A stretch of DNA of 64,000 nt from Bolinopsis microptera (taxonomy: Eukaryota), in NCBI RefSeq assembly GCF_026151205.1, contig NC_087076.1:16517142-16581141 (forward strand), given 5' to 3'. The notes under the pieces were generated by a model that was not told where the DNA came from, ran no database searches, and saw only the letters and a list, made by a program, of their open reading frames with translations. Made by a program: the position numbers and the translations under genes. Shown here in pieces: positions 34,563 to 45,758 of this stretch (positions are counted from its first letter, which is position 1; the number at the start of each line of letters is the position of its first letter).

Positions 34563-35036
34563 TTGACCATTGTTAATGGTCTGGCCCAGCGCGCGCTACT
34601 TCGTAGCACTTGCCGTCGGGCCATAACATTTCGAGAAGAAACATTTCGAGAAGAAAGCGGCGCGCGCTACTTCGAAGAAATTTAGACGAGTAACATCCGT
34701 CAATGGCTGGTCGTGTTATGTGTTACTGGGCCGCGCTCAGCCTGTCATTCCGCCGAATCTCTATTTTATGTCTATGAACATAATAGCCTGAGGTCCCTTG
34801 TCATACGTTGTATGACCCACCGCGCACGAAGTGCGCGGCTCCTTGACGGATGTTACTTTACCTGAGGACCCCAGGCTATTATGTTCATTAACATATAATC
34901 CGAATAAAGATTTGGCGGAATGACAGGCTGAGCGCGGCCCAGTAAGATGTTACTCGTCTAAATTTCTTCGAAGTAGCGCGCGCCGAAGTAGCGCGCGCCG
35001 CTTTCTTCTCGGGCCATATCATTAACAATGGTCAAC
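34563..35036. mobile_element. Composite MITE-like element (inverted dimer) with termini TTGACCATTGTTAATGG
   Basis: Terminal repeats lie at 34563-34579 and 35020-35036. Internal cores (cttgacggatgttactcgtctaaatttcttcgaagtagcgcgcgcc and ggcggaatgacaggctgagcgcggcccagtaa) recur at 35382-35512, 47355-47410, 47700-47735, 49985-50015, 50300-50335, 60955-61030 and 62884-63140. Confidence 0.65.
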
Positions 35037-35927
35037 GCGGCTCCCCCACCATAGTGAAACGACCGTGGGGGTCGCAACGTGATACAAGTCAGTCGTAAGG
35101 CGTAAGCAGCAGATGATCTTAATTCCTATCACACGCGGATCGTATAAAGACATATATCTGATTTGGATAACATTAACAAGTTCATATGCTTGAGCCATAT
35201 ATAATGTCACGATGATTCTACCGAAGCATCAAATAACATGTTTACCTTCATTCCTGGACTTACTTCTGGTTCAAGAAACTTTATCCACGACGAATACCAC
35301 TACTGCCTGGATAAGAAGCGCGACGACAAAATCTACGACGACACATGACAGTTGGTGACTGTCCAGTGTCCACGGACTGTATCTTGACGGATGTTACTTG
35401 TCTAAATTTCTTCGAAGTAGCGCGCGCGCCGCTTTCTTCTCGAAATGGCCCGACGGCAAGTGCTACGAAGTAGCGCGCGCCGGGTCAGACCATTAACAAT
35501 TAACAATGGTCAAACTGTATCATGCATCATGACGGCTGGAGAATTCCCCTCGCATTCGGCTTACTCCCCGGAAAGACGCAAGCCCATTGCGAAGCCCCCT
35601 GTATGAGCTTGGAGGTTTTTGCACTAGGGTACGTGTCGCACTACAGTAGGGAATCTTAATCATCATCCGGAGATGGAGCACGACAGGGGGGGGGGGGGGG
35701 GGGGGCGATTATCAGGGGTCAGATTATGTCACCAATCAGTGACGTATAATTAGTGATGAGATCCATCAGTAGAATTTAATTGGGCTAAATATTGTACAGT
35801 TCACATGTCAATCATTATGTACATCATAGCTGTCTGCTCGACTCGTAGAGTACTGGTACATACTCCGCACTTTTGATTTAAATTAACAAGTCAATAGACA
35901 TTTTCTCGAAGGATAATTAATCAAAAT

Positions 35928-36252
35928 TACTGAATACTGAATACTGAATACTGAATACTGAATACTGAATACTGAATACTGAATACTGAATACTGAATAC
36001 TGAATACTGAATACTGAATACTGAATACTGAATACTGAATACTGAATACTGAATACTGAATACTGAATACTGAATACTGAATACTGAATACTGAATACTG
36101 AATACTGAATACTGAATACTGAATACTGAATACTGAATACTGAATACTGAATACTGAATACTGAATACTGAATACTGAATACTGAATACTGAATACTGAA
36201 TACTGAATACTGAATACTGAATACTGAATACTGAATACTGAATACTGAATAC
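35928..36252. repeat. Perfect heptanucleotide microsatellite (TACTGAA)46
   Basis: 46 uninterrupted copies. The minus-strand ORF 35883-36254 (YSVFSIQ repeats) is an artefact of the repeat. Confidence 0.95.
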
Positions 36253-36485
36253 ATTAATTAAAATTTACTACATATTGTGCCCGAACACTAAGGCTACAGA
36301 AAACAAATACCTATTACATATCCACTCGAAGCGATCTTTGAGTACATTTTTAAAGTTTCTTTAGTCTTAATACCTGATCATTAATAAATTAATTTTTTCC
36401 ACAGTTTGTTTGTTGACAACATTGATTTTGAAAGATTGGCCTGATAATATAACGTGAAATATAATTTTACTCTTTACTTTTTGCA

Positions 36486-36705
36486 GATAAATGTGTTCAT
36501 AGGATTGGGGCTAGCATCACTCCTTTTTTCGGGAGCGGGAGACAAATTTGGCAGGAAGCCAGTAGCTTTAGCTGGAGCTATATAGGAGTAACCATAGCAG
36601 GACTGTTATGCGGACTCGCTACAAAATACTGGCATCTGGCTGTGCTTCGTGGACTTGTAGGGGTGTTCATGGGGATTGGGATGGGACCTGCTATCGCTCT
36701 TACAG
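36486..36705 (+). pseudogene. MFS transporter (SVOP/SLC22-like), penultimate exon, carrying a frameshift
   Basis: Encodes INVFIGLGLASLLFSGAGDKFGRKPVALAGAI, then a frameshift at about 36581-36584 (gctatatagga instead of an expected gctataatagga), then GVTIAGLLCGLATKYWHLAVLRGLVGVFMGIGMGPAIALT. It has acceptor tgcag and donor gtaagc. No 5' exons were found in the 10 kb upstream, which is full of repeats. Confidence 0.6.
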
Positions 36706-37099
36706 GTAAGCCCGGACAATTCCTGCTAATTTTATTCCGAAATATTGCTCAGTGCCACGCTTTGTCATGTTATTTTGTATTCAGTGTCCGTTACCACCCT
36801 AATGTTACGAATTAAGATACCATAATATCGAGTCCCCTTAGCATCCCCGCACGTGGGTTAATGCTCTGCACGTGGGCTAGTGCTCCACACGAAATAAATT
36901 CTAACTATTATGTATTGTAATGTGCAAAGGTTTCATAATAGAAGAATGTAGTCGTATGATATGCACTATTCATCAAGGTAATTTAAAAGGCGTACAATAA
37001 TTATCAGCGATCACTGTTCACGAATTGTCGTGGACATGTCGGATAACATTATTAAGTAAATTTACTTTTCTGTCCCACACTCAATTAAATTAATTTCAG

Positions 37100-38070
37100 C
37101 GGAAATAGCAACAGTCAAATGGAGAGGCTTTCTAATCTCCTATATTTCCCTGGCGTGGGGGACTGGTGCCTCACTGACAAGTGCTTTGGCGTACTACGTC
37201 GTTGATCCCTACGGCTGGAGAGGTCTTATGGTAGGAACTGCAATCATGTTCTCTCCGTCAATCTTCTTCTTGGCCATCATGCCAGAGTCTCCGAGGTTTG
37301 AAGCTAAGAAGAGGAAATGGGACAGAGCGGAAACTACAGTGCAAACCATCGCTAAGTTCAACTGCAACAGCGGAAGCGGTATTATCAAATTGAAAAGGGA
37401 AGAAGATGACGATGACACCAATAAGAATGAAACCGGATTTTTCGGTGCCTTGAACTTTATCAAGGCAACAGGACGTATGAAGGATCTGGTAGTGGTCAAT
37501 GCGTTGGGATTCACAGCAATATTCCTCTACTACACCATCAGCTATTCCATGCCCCGATTTCTTAATGAAGGCTACTGTACTGGTGTAACAGTGACACAAG
37601 ATGCGTCTTGTGTCTTCGATAAAAAAGTGTTGTTTGACCTGGGTGTCATCAGTTTGTTTGAACCTCTGGGGGTGCTGGTAGAGGTTGTACTGATGGAGAT
37701 CATTGGCCGGAAGAAGACATTCCAATCATCTGTGTTATTGCAACTGGTTGCTCTTACAGCGTTGTACTTCTGTGTAAGCGACAACTACTCATTTGCGTTT
37801 TTCACAATAGCGAAATTCCGTGCAGCCCAGTTTGGACTAAGCCCATTTATACTGGGGGCTGAGTATTTCCCAACTGAAGTGAGATCTTTTGTAGTTTCAT
37901 TTGGGTTAGTTTTTAACAGAATAGGTGCATGTGCTGGTATTGCATGTTCTCAGTTTATCTTTAATCTCAACCCGAGACTTGTGCTAGCATCGAATCAAAC
38001 CGCGGCTGTTGCCGTCAGTATTTGTCTGTGTGAACTGGGAAAGGAAACAGCAGGAACTCACATTGAATAG
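37100..38070 (+). CDS. MFS transporter (SVOP/SLC22-like), terminal exon covering TM6 to TM12
   Basis: Follows acceptor ttcag at 37095-37099 and is phase-matched to the previous exon. Encodes AEIATVKWRGFLISYISLAWG...MPESPRFEAKKRKWDRAE... through TAG at 38068-38070. The PESPRF motif is typical of SLC22, SV2 and SVOP. Confidence 0.7.
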
Positions 38071-38136
38071 GGCAAGGTGGACTTGCCCCACTCTTTTAGT
38101 GGAACATTTTTAGTACAAATTGTGGGTTGTTAGTTG

Positions 38137-38229
38137 TTACTAACATGAACATGTAATTAGCTCAGCCGGATTTGGGCTTAAGCCGGATGCTAATTGCCGG
38201 CCGAGCTGATAACATGTTCATGTCAGTAA
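38137..38229. repeat. Imperfect inverted repeat with ~33-bp arms, 67 bp 3' of the MFS stop codon
   Basis: ttactaacatgaacatgtaattagctcagccgg ... ccggccgagctgataacatgttcatgtcagtaa. Confidence 0.6.
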
Positions 38230-38552
38230 GGAAAGGGGGAAATTATTGTAATATCTATTGTTATCTGTAAATAGTGATGATTTTCCTTTATGTCACTTTT
38301 ACCAAAAAGAACTTTCAATTCCGTTATCATTGTCGAAGCAGTGTTTTGTAAAATTTTAACTCTGTAAATCTGAGATTTTCCTATTAAATTCAGAAGATGC
38401 CAGATTTTGAACTCGTCATTATCAGTGGAAATTCATAAATTAAATCGGGGCTCAGCTATCCCTCATACTACTACTCCATTTTTTAACATTCGCCTTCAGG
38501 GAAGATGAGACAACACTTCAGCGAATCATTTATTGGGGGGGGGGGGGGGTCA

Positions 38553-38870
38553 ACCTCATCCCAATTTTGCCTTTTTTGGCTGCCCGAATGAGGTAAAATG
38601 AATGCAAATTGCCTCATTTAACCTCATCCCAATTTTGCCTTTTTTGGCTGCCCGAATGAGGTAAAATGAATGCAAATTGCCTCATTTAACCTCATCCCAA
38701 TTTTGCCTTTTCGGCTGTCCGAATGAGGTAAAATGAGGCAAATCTCGGCAAATTTTATCCCAGTCCCTAAAAGTCCAAGAGACTTTAAGTTTTCTTCTAA
38801 AAAGGACTTAAAAAACTAGATTAATTTGCCTCATTGAATGAGGTAAAATGAGGTAAAATGAGGTTCGCCA
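38553..38870. repeat. Tandem repeat of a ~68-bp unit with about 3.5 copies, containing an internal gcctcattt/aaatgaggc dyad
   Basis: Unit is aacctcatcccaattttgccttttttggctgcccgaatgaggtaaaatgaatgcaaattgcctcattt. Confidence 0.8.
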
Positions 38871-40028
38871 AAAATATACCGAATTAGATTACTTTCATAC
38901 TTCCAGGGCCTTCATACAAAAATTTTATTAAAATTTGGGCGAGAGATTTAGTAGGAGCGGTAATGAATACCTTCCCTAAATAATGTTTATCCCAGGTTCC
39001 TCAATTGTCTTCGTGTGTGTTTGATTGAACAAATCGTATCGTAATCAAATTATCCCGCTTATAATCTCAAACCCACATATCCAGGTATGTGATATCGTAT
39101 CATGATCAAGTTACCCTTCTCCTCCAGTTGCTCCCGCTGAATTGTGGTTGCCAATAGCCCTATCAAGCACACAACCGCTCCCTGTGTTTTTTTTTGTTTT
39201 TTTTTTTCTCGAACCCAAGTACCTTTATACCCACGTTCCTATATCTCTATATGTAAGTACGTCATGACTTCGTCTTTCAAAAGAGGCACATTTTTCAGTT
39301 TTCAGGCTGTTAATGGTTTATCAGTTAACCACTGTATCTTGATTATTTTCACTTTAAGAGGTCTAAATATCTCACTTCAGTTATTTAACTAGGCGCACTC
39401 CCAAAATAGCTCCACAAGCGGAGATAATACGGGGCATATCAATTATGAATTACATTTTTCCAGTTAGAGGCTAGGAGGCAGAATAGCATATACGTCATGT
39501 GTAAAATCACCTGATTTTAATCGTCCAGAACAAATTTTCTGTTATTTATATTTTTTTAAAACGACAAGATTACCATCGGGTATAAACCATTATATTTCAC
39601 ATATCTTCCTAAAATTTGGTGTACAGTGATTAATCTAGTTCCTACAAGCAATTAAAGACAGCTCACTTCACGGAATCTGAATGTAAAACGATCAGTGTTC
39701 AATTTGTTTACTTTCGTTCTGTCTTTGTATTCTAACGCTTGCGAACGTGTGCTTTCTTGAATAACGTTTTATGTGTAGACACGAACCTTACATATGTATC
39801 CGTACCCCATGATAGATAAACAGTCTTATCTTCCAATTAATAAGTCAGACCTGTTACAAATTTCCGCGTTTGTTGTCGACGGCACGTGTTTTTAAAGTAT
39901 AGTAATAGCTCAAGCTCAATTATGACATGACTAAATATATTAGTTTAGCTTCATTCCCTTATCACTGCAACAAATCTTTACTATTTAAATTTTATCAAAA
40001 GGCGGTTGATAGTAAATCATTGTGCAGT

Positions 40029-41731
40029 GGGATTTTATGCCTGTGGTACAATACCATTGATTGATGCAGGAAACATTGAGAGAAATGTGACTCAGATCTG
40101 GTATGCTGATGACTCTGCTGCTGGGGGAAAACTGGAGGAAATAAGGAAGTGGTGGGATAACCTCTGTATTAAAGGACCACTCTTTGGATACAACCCTAAA
40201 TCTTCTAAAACATGGGTGATAGTCAAGCCTGAGCACGAAGAGAAGGCAAGAACCCTATTCCCAGATGTCAATGTGACAAGCATTGGTCGTCGATATCTGG
40301 GCAGCTTCATCGGAACAGACCAAGGAAAAGAGGCTTTCATTGAGGAAAAAGTTCAAGAATGGTGTCGTGATCTTAAACAGTTAAGTGATATAGCATCAAG
40401 AGAACCTCAAATAGCATACAGTGCATACATGTATGGGCTTAGTAAAAGATGGAACTATGTGTGCAGAACTACCCCAGGAGTTGCAGATAGGCTCACTCCT
40501 CTAGAACAAGTAACACGTGATGAGTTTATCCCAGCTATCATTAATAGGCTGTTTAGCTGCACTGATGAACTAAGGAACATAATGGCTCTACCACCAAGAT
40601 ATGGAGGATTGGGTATACCAGTTATGATGGAAATGGCAGACCGAGAGTACAATTTCTCATGTAGAGCCACAAAACCCCTTAAAGAAGCTATTCTCAAGCA
40701 GATAGACAACTACACAGAGGACTGGAGACACAGTAAAGGAGTGAAAACTGAGATAACGACTGAACGAAATCTCTTCTATCAACAAAAACAAGCAGAAATA
40801 CGCCAGGAGCTCGAGTCAACACCACTGGCAAAGTTGATGTTCCAACTAGCGGCTGAGAAAGGGGCAAGTGCTTGGCTAACAGCACTACCTTTAAAAGAGT
40901 ATGGATATCTGATGAATAAACAACAGTTCTCAGATGCAATAGCTCTCAGATACAACCTGAACTTAAAGGACTGCCCTAAGACATGTACGTGTGGCCAGAA
41001 ATACTCAGCAAACCATGCGCTCATCTGCAAACTTGGTGGATATGTGTCACTGCGGCACAACTCGCTGAGAGACACCTTTGCAGAACTAATGAGAACTGTG
41101 AAATGCAAGGATGTGCAGACGGAGCCAGTTCTTCTACCAGTTGATGGTCTAGAATTACCAAGGGGAACAGTCCTAGGAGACCAAGCCAGGCTGGACATTT
41201 CTGCAAGATCGATTTGGAATGCTTCAGAGAGGGCATTTTTTGATGTAAGGGTATTTCATGCCCCAGCCCCCTCCAATGCAAGCAAATCGATACCAGCAAT
41301 GTACCTTTCCCATGAAAATGAGAAAAAGCGATGTTACAATGCAAGGGTTCTTGAAGTGGAGAAAGGAAGCTTCACACCTTTAGTGTTCTCGACTTCTGGT
41401 GGAATGGGTGGTGAAGCTGAGAGACTGGTCAAGAAGCTGGCCAGTAAGATGGAGTACCACACTGGCCAGAGGTACTCAGACGCTGTAGGATACATCAGAA
41501 AGCGCCTTCGCTTTGAAATCCTTAGAACAACAGTGATTTCTCTCCGTGGAGACAGCGGTGCAAGAAAAAACATTGTTGATATAAACAGTCTAGATCTTAA
41601 CTTGGAGCCACAAGGCCAAGGGTAATTTTTGATTGTTAAGGGAATTTTTTGAATTCTTTAAGGGTTGATTTTATATAGGGTCATTGCTATATTATGTGTA
41701 TATTGTTTGAATAATTTTATTATTCTAAAAA
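40029..41731 (+). mobile_element. A 5'-truncated non-LTR retrotransposon insertion (reverse-transcriptase thumb plus C-terminal Cys-rich endonuclease-like domain), with a poly(A) tail and a 15-bp target-site duplication
   Basis: The duplication AAATCATTGTGCAGT occurs at 40014-40028 and 41732-41746. An A9 run directly precedes the 3' copy. ORF 40006-41625 contains the YADD motif (IWYADDSAAGG) and C-terminal CPKTCTCGQ...H..IC. Confidence 0.75.
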
Positions 41732-41950
41732 AAAATCATTGTGCAGTCGGAGGTTGTAACAACCGTCAGGGAAGAGACACCAGTAGCAGGAGTAGCTTTC
41801 TGGTCTTTCATACCGTCCCAAGAGATGCAAAAAGTCGGAAAGCATGGGATAAAAGAGGTTGACCATGACATTAGGACTTAGGAGGTTAAAAACCTATAGA
41901 GTCTGCAGCGACCACTTCAGCGACAGTGACTACCAAAAGAAAGACTAGGA
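41732..41950 (+). pseudogene. THAP-domain ORF fragment, interrupted by the LINE insertion and carrying a frameshift
   Basis: Across the insertion site it reads ..NHCAVGGCNNRQGRD...FHTVPRDAKSRKAWDKR, and after a frame change RVCSDHFSDSDY. This is the C2CH THAP signature with an AVPTIF-like element. No initiator ATG was found. Confidence 0.5.
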
Positions 41951-43679
41951 GCACTACGAAAAAAACAGGTGCAGGGAATGTCACAAGTTCTCGCATGAGG
42001 TTGAATGACACATGCATCCCCAACACCGACCCCAACACAGGCGAGATTTGTCTATATTTGTCAGCCGAGAAATTCATGATGATCACGCAGATTTTAACAA
42101 GCCGTGCGACTTAGACGACATTAGTCATTTTGAGCCAGATATATATCCTGGATCCGACATGGTTACCCTCCTATTTACAATAGTGACGGTGAAGAATATG
42201 AAATGATAGATAGCGCATTTTTTGCAAACATTACGCAAGACAGATTGTCGAAATCGGTTAACGAATGGTGTACTTGTAATTAGTGCAAAATGATGAGTAC
42301 TGAGAGAGAGTTGGTTTGTTGCAGTGATTCCTTGACTATACATCGTCACAGGGGTTCGCTGAAATGTGTCACAGAAAAAGAGATGTTTCAGCATTTGACG
42401 GCCCCAACGTGCAACGTTAATGTGGCTCTTGCTATGTGTTGGTTCAGCCGAATTAATTATTATGTAATCAAGTTTATGTTTCTCTTTCAGTTAGTTGTCA
42501 TCCGGCCAAACATTAAGCAACTTATATTGCAGTTCCATTTATCTATTAGTTTATCAAAATATGTCATTGTAATTTTGCATGGCTGAAATGTAACGCTTGA
42601 TTTATATATAATAATTAATTGAATTTTCAAATAAAATAAAAAATATGGTCTTATCTGAACAAGGACTTAGATATTCAAGATACCTGTTTAGTTTCACCAT
42701 CAATGATTCTGTGAAACGGGAAGACTATCTAAAAGCACATATGACACCAAAAAAGTGGAGATATTTAGCCTACAAATAATTTGTGAATTTGATAAGCTCC
42801 CAAGATTTGGATAGAAAGGTTCGATACGTACTCCCATCATGTGTTGTGTCGGCGATCCGGGAAACATTTCCAAACAGATTGATCAAGATACACAGGTTTT
42901 ATCTGAATCAGAACTGATGATGGACATATCTTGCCATGAACTAAACAAGTCATTGTTTGTATCAAGAAAAAATATTTATATTTTAAGGTTAGTTTAGGTA
43001 ATAGGTTCTTACTAACGTGTATTGTTATTAATTAAGCATTTTTATAATCCAATGTTTTCTTTCCTACAACATTACACAACAGTACGTAAACTTTTAAGAC
43101 AGTTATTTGATGCTTGTGTATATTTTGGACATAGTACAGCCACAATGGTCGAAAAACAAAAGTCAAATCAATTAAATGTCGTTCATTTGAAGATTTTATC
43201 AATTAAATTGGCGCCAAAGCACATGAATAAAAATGTGCATTTTAACACTGTTTATATTGCGGTGTCTGACAATCAGCCTCTCGCGAACAAATTAGAGCGA
43301 TCTTCCTGTATTAAGTTACGAATATGGGAATTCCGGGCCCTATTCTTATATTAGTGTTTCTATGTGATAGAATATGTGAAATGTTTTGACGATTAAGTCG
43401 GGGACACTTCATAATCCCTTTAACACAATTTAGCAGAATTTAGACAGATTCTATTGTCCGCCTATTTGGTTTCGTGAATTTTAACAAGCAACAAGTGAGA
43501 CAACGGTTAACCATGTTGAGGGATTGATCAGCATTCACAATGTCGACCATTGTCCAGATTGCCAAGAACACGAGAGATAAGATTATCATTGACCATGTAC
43601 TGTCCTTTTTTGGATTCTATGAGACAAGCAGAGTGCAGACAAAGAAGGACGTGTCGACCATCAAAAACGCCATAGGTTA

Positions 43680-43850
43680 TGACTATAATATGTCATAATA
43701 GGCGACCATTTCAAACTAATCTTGACCTTGTTACATACTATATGCCATAATAGGCGACCATTTCAAACTAATCTTGACCTTGTTACATACTATATGCCAT
43801 AATAGGCGACCATTTCAAACTAATCTTGACCTTTTTTTTCTTTCTGTTTT
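43680..43850. repeat. Tandem repeat of a ~52-bp unit x3 at the 3' side of the LINE fragment
   Basis: Unit is ccataataggcgaccatttcaaactaatcttgaccttgttacatactatatg. A partial copy recurs at 44641-44670. Confidence 0.75.
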
Positions 43851-43869
43851 TTAAGAGAGGCTGGGCCAA

Positions 43870-44640
43870 GATGGCCCACGAGAGTATAGCATTGAAATGC
43901 TCTGCCTACCTCTGGGGTGTAGCAACCCTGGGAAGGGTTGCCGGGGAAATCAGAGTGAATGGTGGGGGATGGTGATAAAATTGACGTGAATCATGGTGGT
44001 ACGCTTATAATTGTGTTAGCTGGGCCTGGAACAGTAAGATGAGTCGAGGCAGCGCATGAGCTATAATCTACGTCACCCCGGTCTGATCCAGCTCCTCTGG
44101 CACACTTAAGCGTTTGGTGCGGTTTGCGAAATTGACAATGGTGGTGATGTGTTGATTGTCGAATATGTCGTTGACAGAGAGGTAATAGTCCTGGAAATAT
44201 TGCCCTCTTATTTGAGCAATTATAGCCGGACACTGTCCCAGAAAGTGTGGGACAGATTCCTCTTCGTCGCCGCACATAGGACAAGCACTAGTGTTTGATT
44301 TGCGAATGGTATGAAGGTGTTTGTTTAAGCCGCAGTGTCCCGTGATAAGGTGAACTGCAGTTCTGTAATTTTTTCTGTTGTTGCTGAGTGTAGTGTTTAG
44401 GTTTTTGATGATTTTGGCGTGTTTGTGACCGAGTGTTAGTTTGGTGTGTCTGGGACCGTCAGTTAACCAAGATTCCTGATTCAGTCTGGTGACTTTGTCG
44501 TTGATAAGGCGTTTGATGTGAGATTGTGGAATATGGCATTTCAAAGTGGATTCACTGGTTCTAAAAAGCTTGGCCAGATCATCCGCTTTTTCGTTTCCCC
44601 ACAATCCGATGTGTGCTGCTATCCATCGGATAACAGCACA
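43870..44640 (-). mobile_element. LINE 3' fragment with an RNase H domain and a C-terminal Cys/His motif
   Basis: ORF 44068-44604 reads GNEKADDLAK...HTKL...TGHCGLNKHL...CPMCG...HFLGQCP, an RNase H and zinc-finger tail as in I/LOA/R1-type LINEs. Confidence 0.6.
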
Positions 44641-44900
44641 TAATCTTTACCTTGTTACATACTATATGTTTTGATGTCCTTAGAAGGGTATTCTTCTAAC
44701 AGTTTCTGACTGACTTTAATGTCCTGCACAGCAGTTTCAAGCTTCTTTAAATTAATTTTATTCTTATTGTATTGTTGTATAAATTTAATTCTAATTCTGA
44801 TTCTAAAAGGGTCCCTTGCAGGTGAAATTACAAATTAAACTGAATCGTTGTACTTTTGATCCTTACTCACCATCTAACTAAACAACTTGCAGTTCCAATA

Positions 44901-45758
44901 ATGACGGGTAGAGAAACTGCTGCTCCCCTCACTACTGAGGGATATGCGAGGACATTCGCCAGGCTGTCAGCTAACACCACTGAATATGATCTTATGGCTA
45001 GCATCTCCAAGAAGGTCATTCTAGAGAACAACTTCGACAAGGAGCCGGCACGGATGTTAACCATTGGAGCTGGGAGAGGGAACTTTGAGGCGATGTTGGT
45101 CCGGGAACTGGGGCTGAAGTTGGGGTATATCTATGCTATCGAGCCGAATGCTGCCCATGTTCCGCTGTTGGAGACTGAACTGAAAAGTATTGGTGCCAAG
45201 TATGATATCGACACATCATTCTTTAACAAAGAGTTTGAGTTGAAATATAAGACTGAGAGTCCTCTATTCGACCTCATACTGCTATCACACTCCTTGTATT
45301 CATTTGAGGACCCATTTGGGACAGTTTCCCACGCAACCAAGTTTCTGAATCCTCGTGGTAAAATCCTCATATTCCACCAAGGAGACACTGCAAGTTCTGA
45401 GATGTACATCTACATGATAAACTGAAGTGATCCAAACATCTTTAACACTAGTCTAACCCTATCAAATCACACACTCACAGCCTCACAAATAACCTCTTTC
45501 ATCCAAGTAGAGCACCCAGAATTGATAGTTACTGTCCAGGAGGAAATCACTCATATCTGCGTGGATGAGTTTGTTCGAGATGTGAATGGGTCGAGAAACG
45601 ATGAGCTTATCTCCTTCTTCTTGCAAGCTGAGTACCAGGATTTAAGCGAGGAGGCTAGAAAACATGTTTACGAGATTGTGCTAAGAAATTGTGATGTCGT
45701 TAATGATAAATACCTTATACGACACCCTTGCGCAGGGATTATTATTTCCCTGAAATAA
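44901..45758 (+). CDS. HNMT: Histamine N-methyltransferase-like SAM-dependent methyltransferase. It is intronless and is one continuous frame with a single in-frame TGA at 45423-45425.
   Basis: MTGRETAAPLTTEGYARTFARLSANTTEYDLMASISKKV...LTIGAGRGNFEAML (motif I)...DLILLSHSLYSF...KILIFHQGDTAS then TGA, then SDPNIF...ELIVTVQEEITHICVDEF... I aligned this from memory to the human HNMT sequence and could not check it against a database. The ORF-track pieces 44856-45425 and 45522-45758 are in the same frame, and the interval 45426-45521 is open. Confidence 0.7.

Noticed and set aside
35883-36254. A 123-aa minus-strand ORF (YSVFSIQ)n, and the 61-aa ORFs at 18726-18925
   Set aside because: They are pure translations of the (TACTGAA)n and TA/TG microsatellites.
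41334-41573. Minus-strand ORFs 40092-41573 overlapping the LINE reverse-transcriptase ORF
   Set aside because: They are antisense to the 539-aa reverse-transcriptase ORF and show no domain signatures.
45423-45425. TGA in the HNMT-like gene as selenocysteine or an alternative genetic code
   Set aside because: All other genes in the window terminate with standard stops and read correctly in the standard code. No SECIS-like structure was noticed 3' of the gene. A nonsense mutation or sequencing error is more parsimonious.
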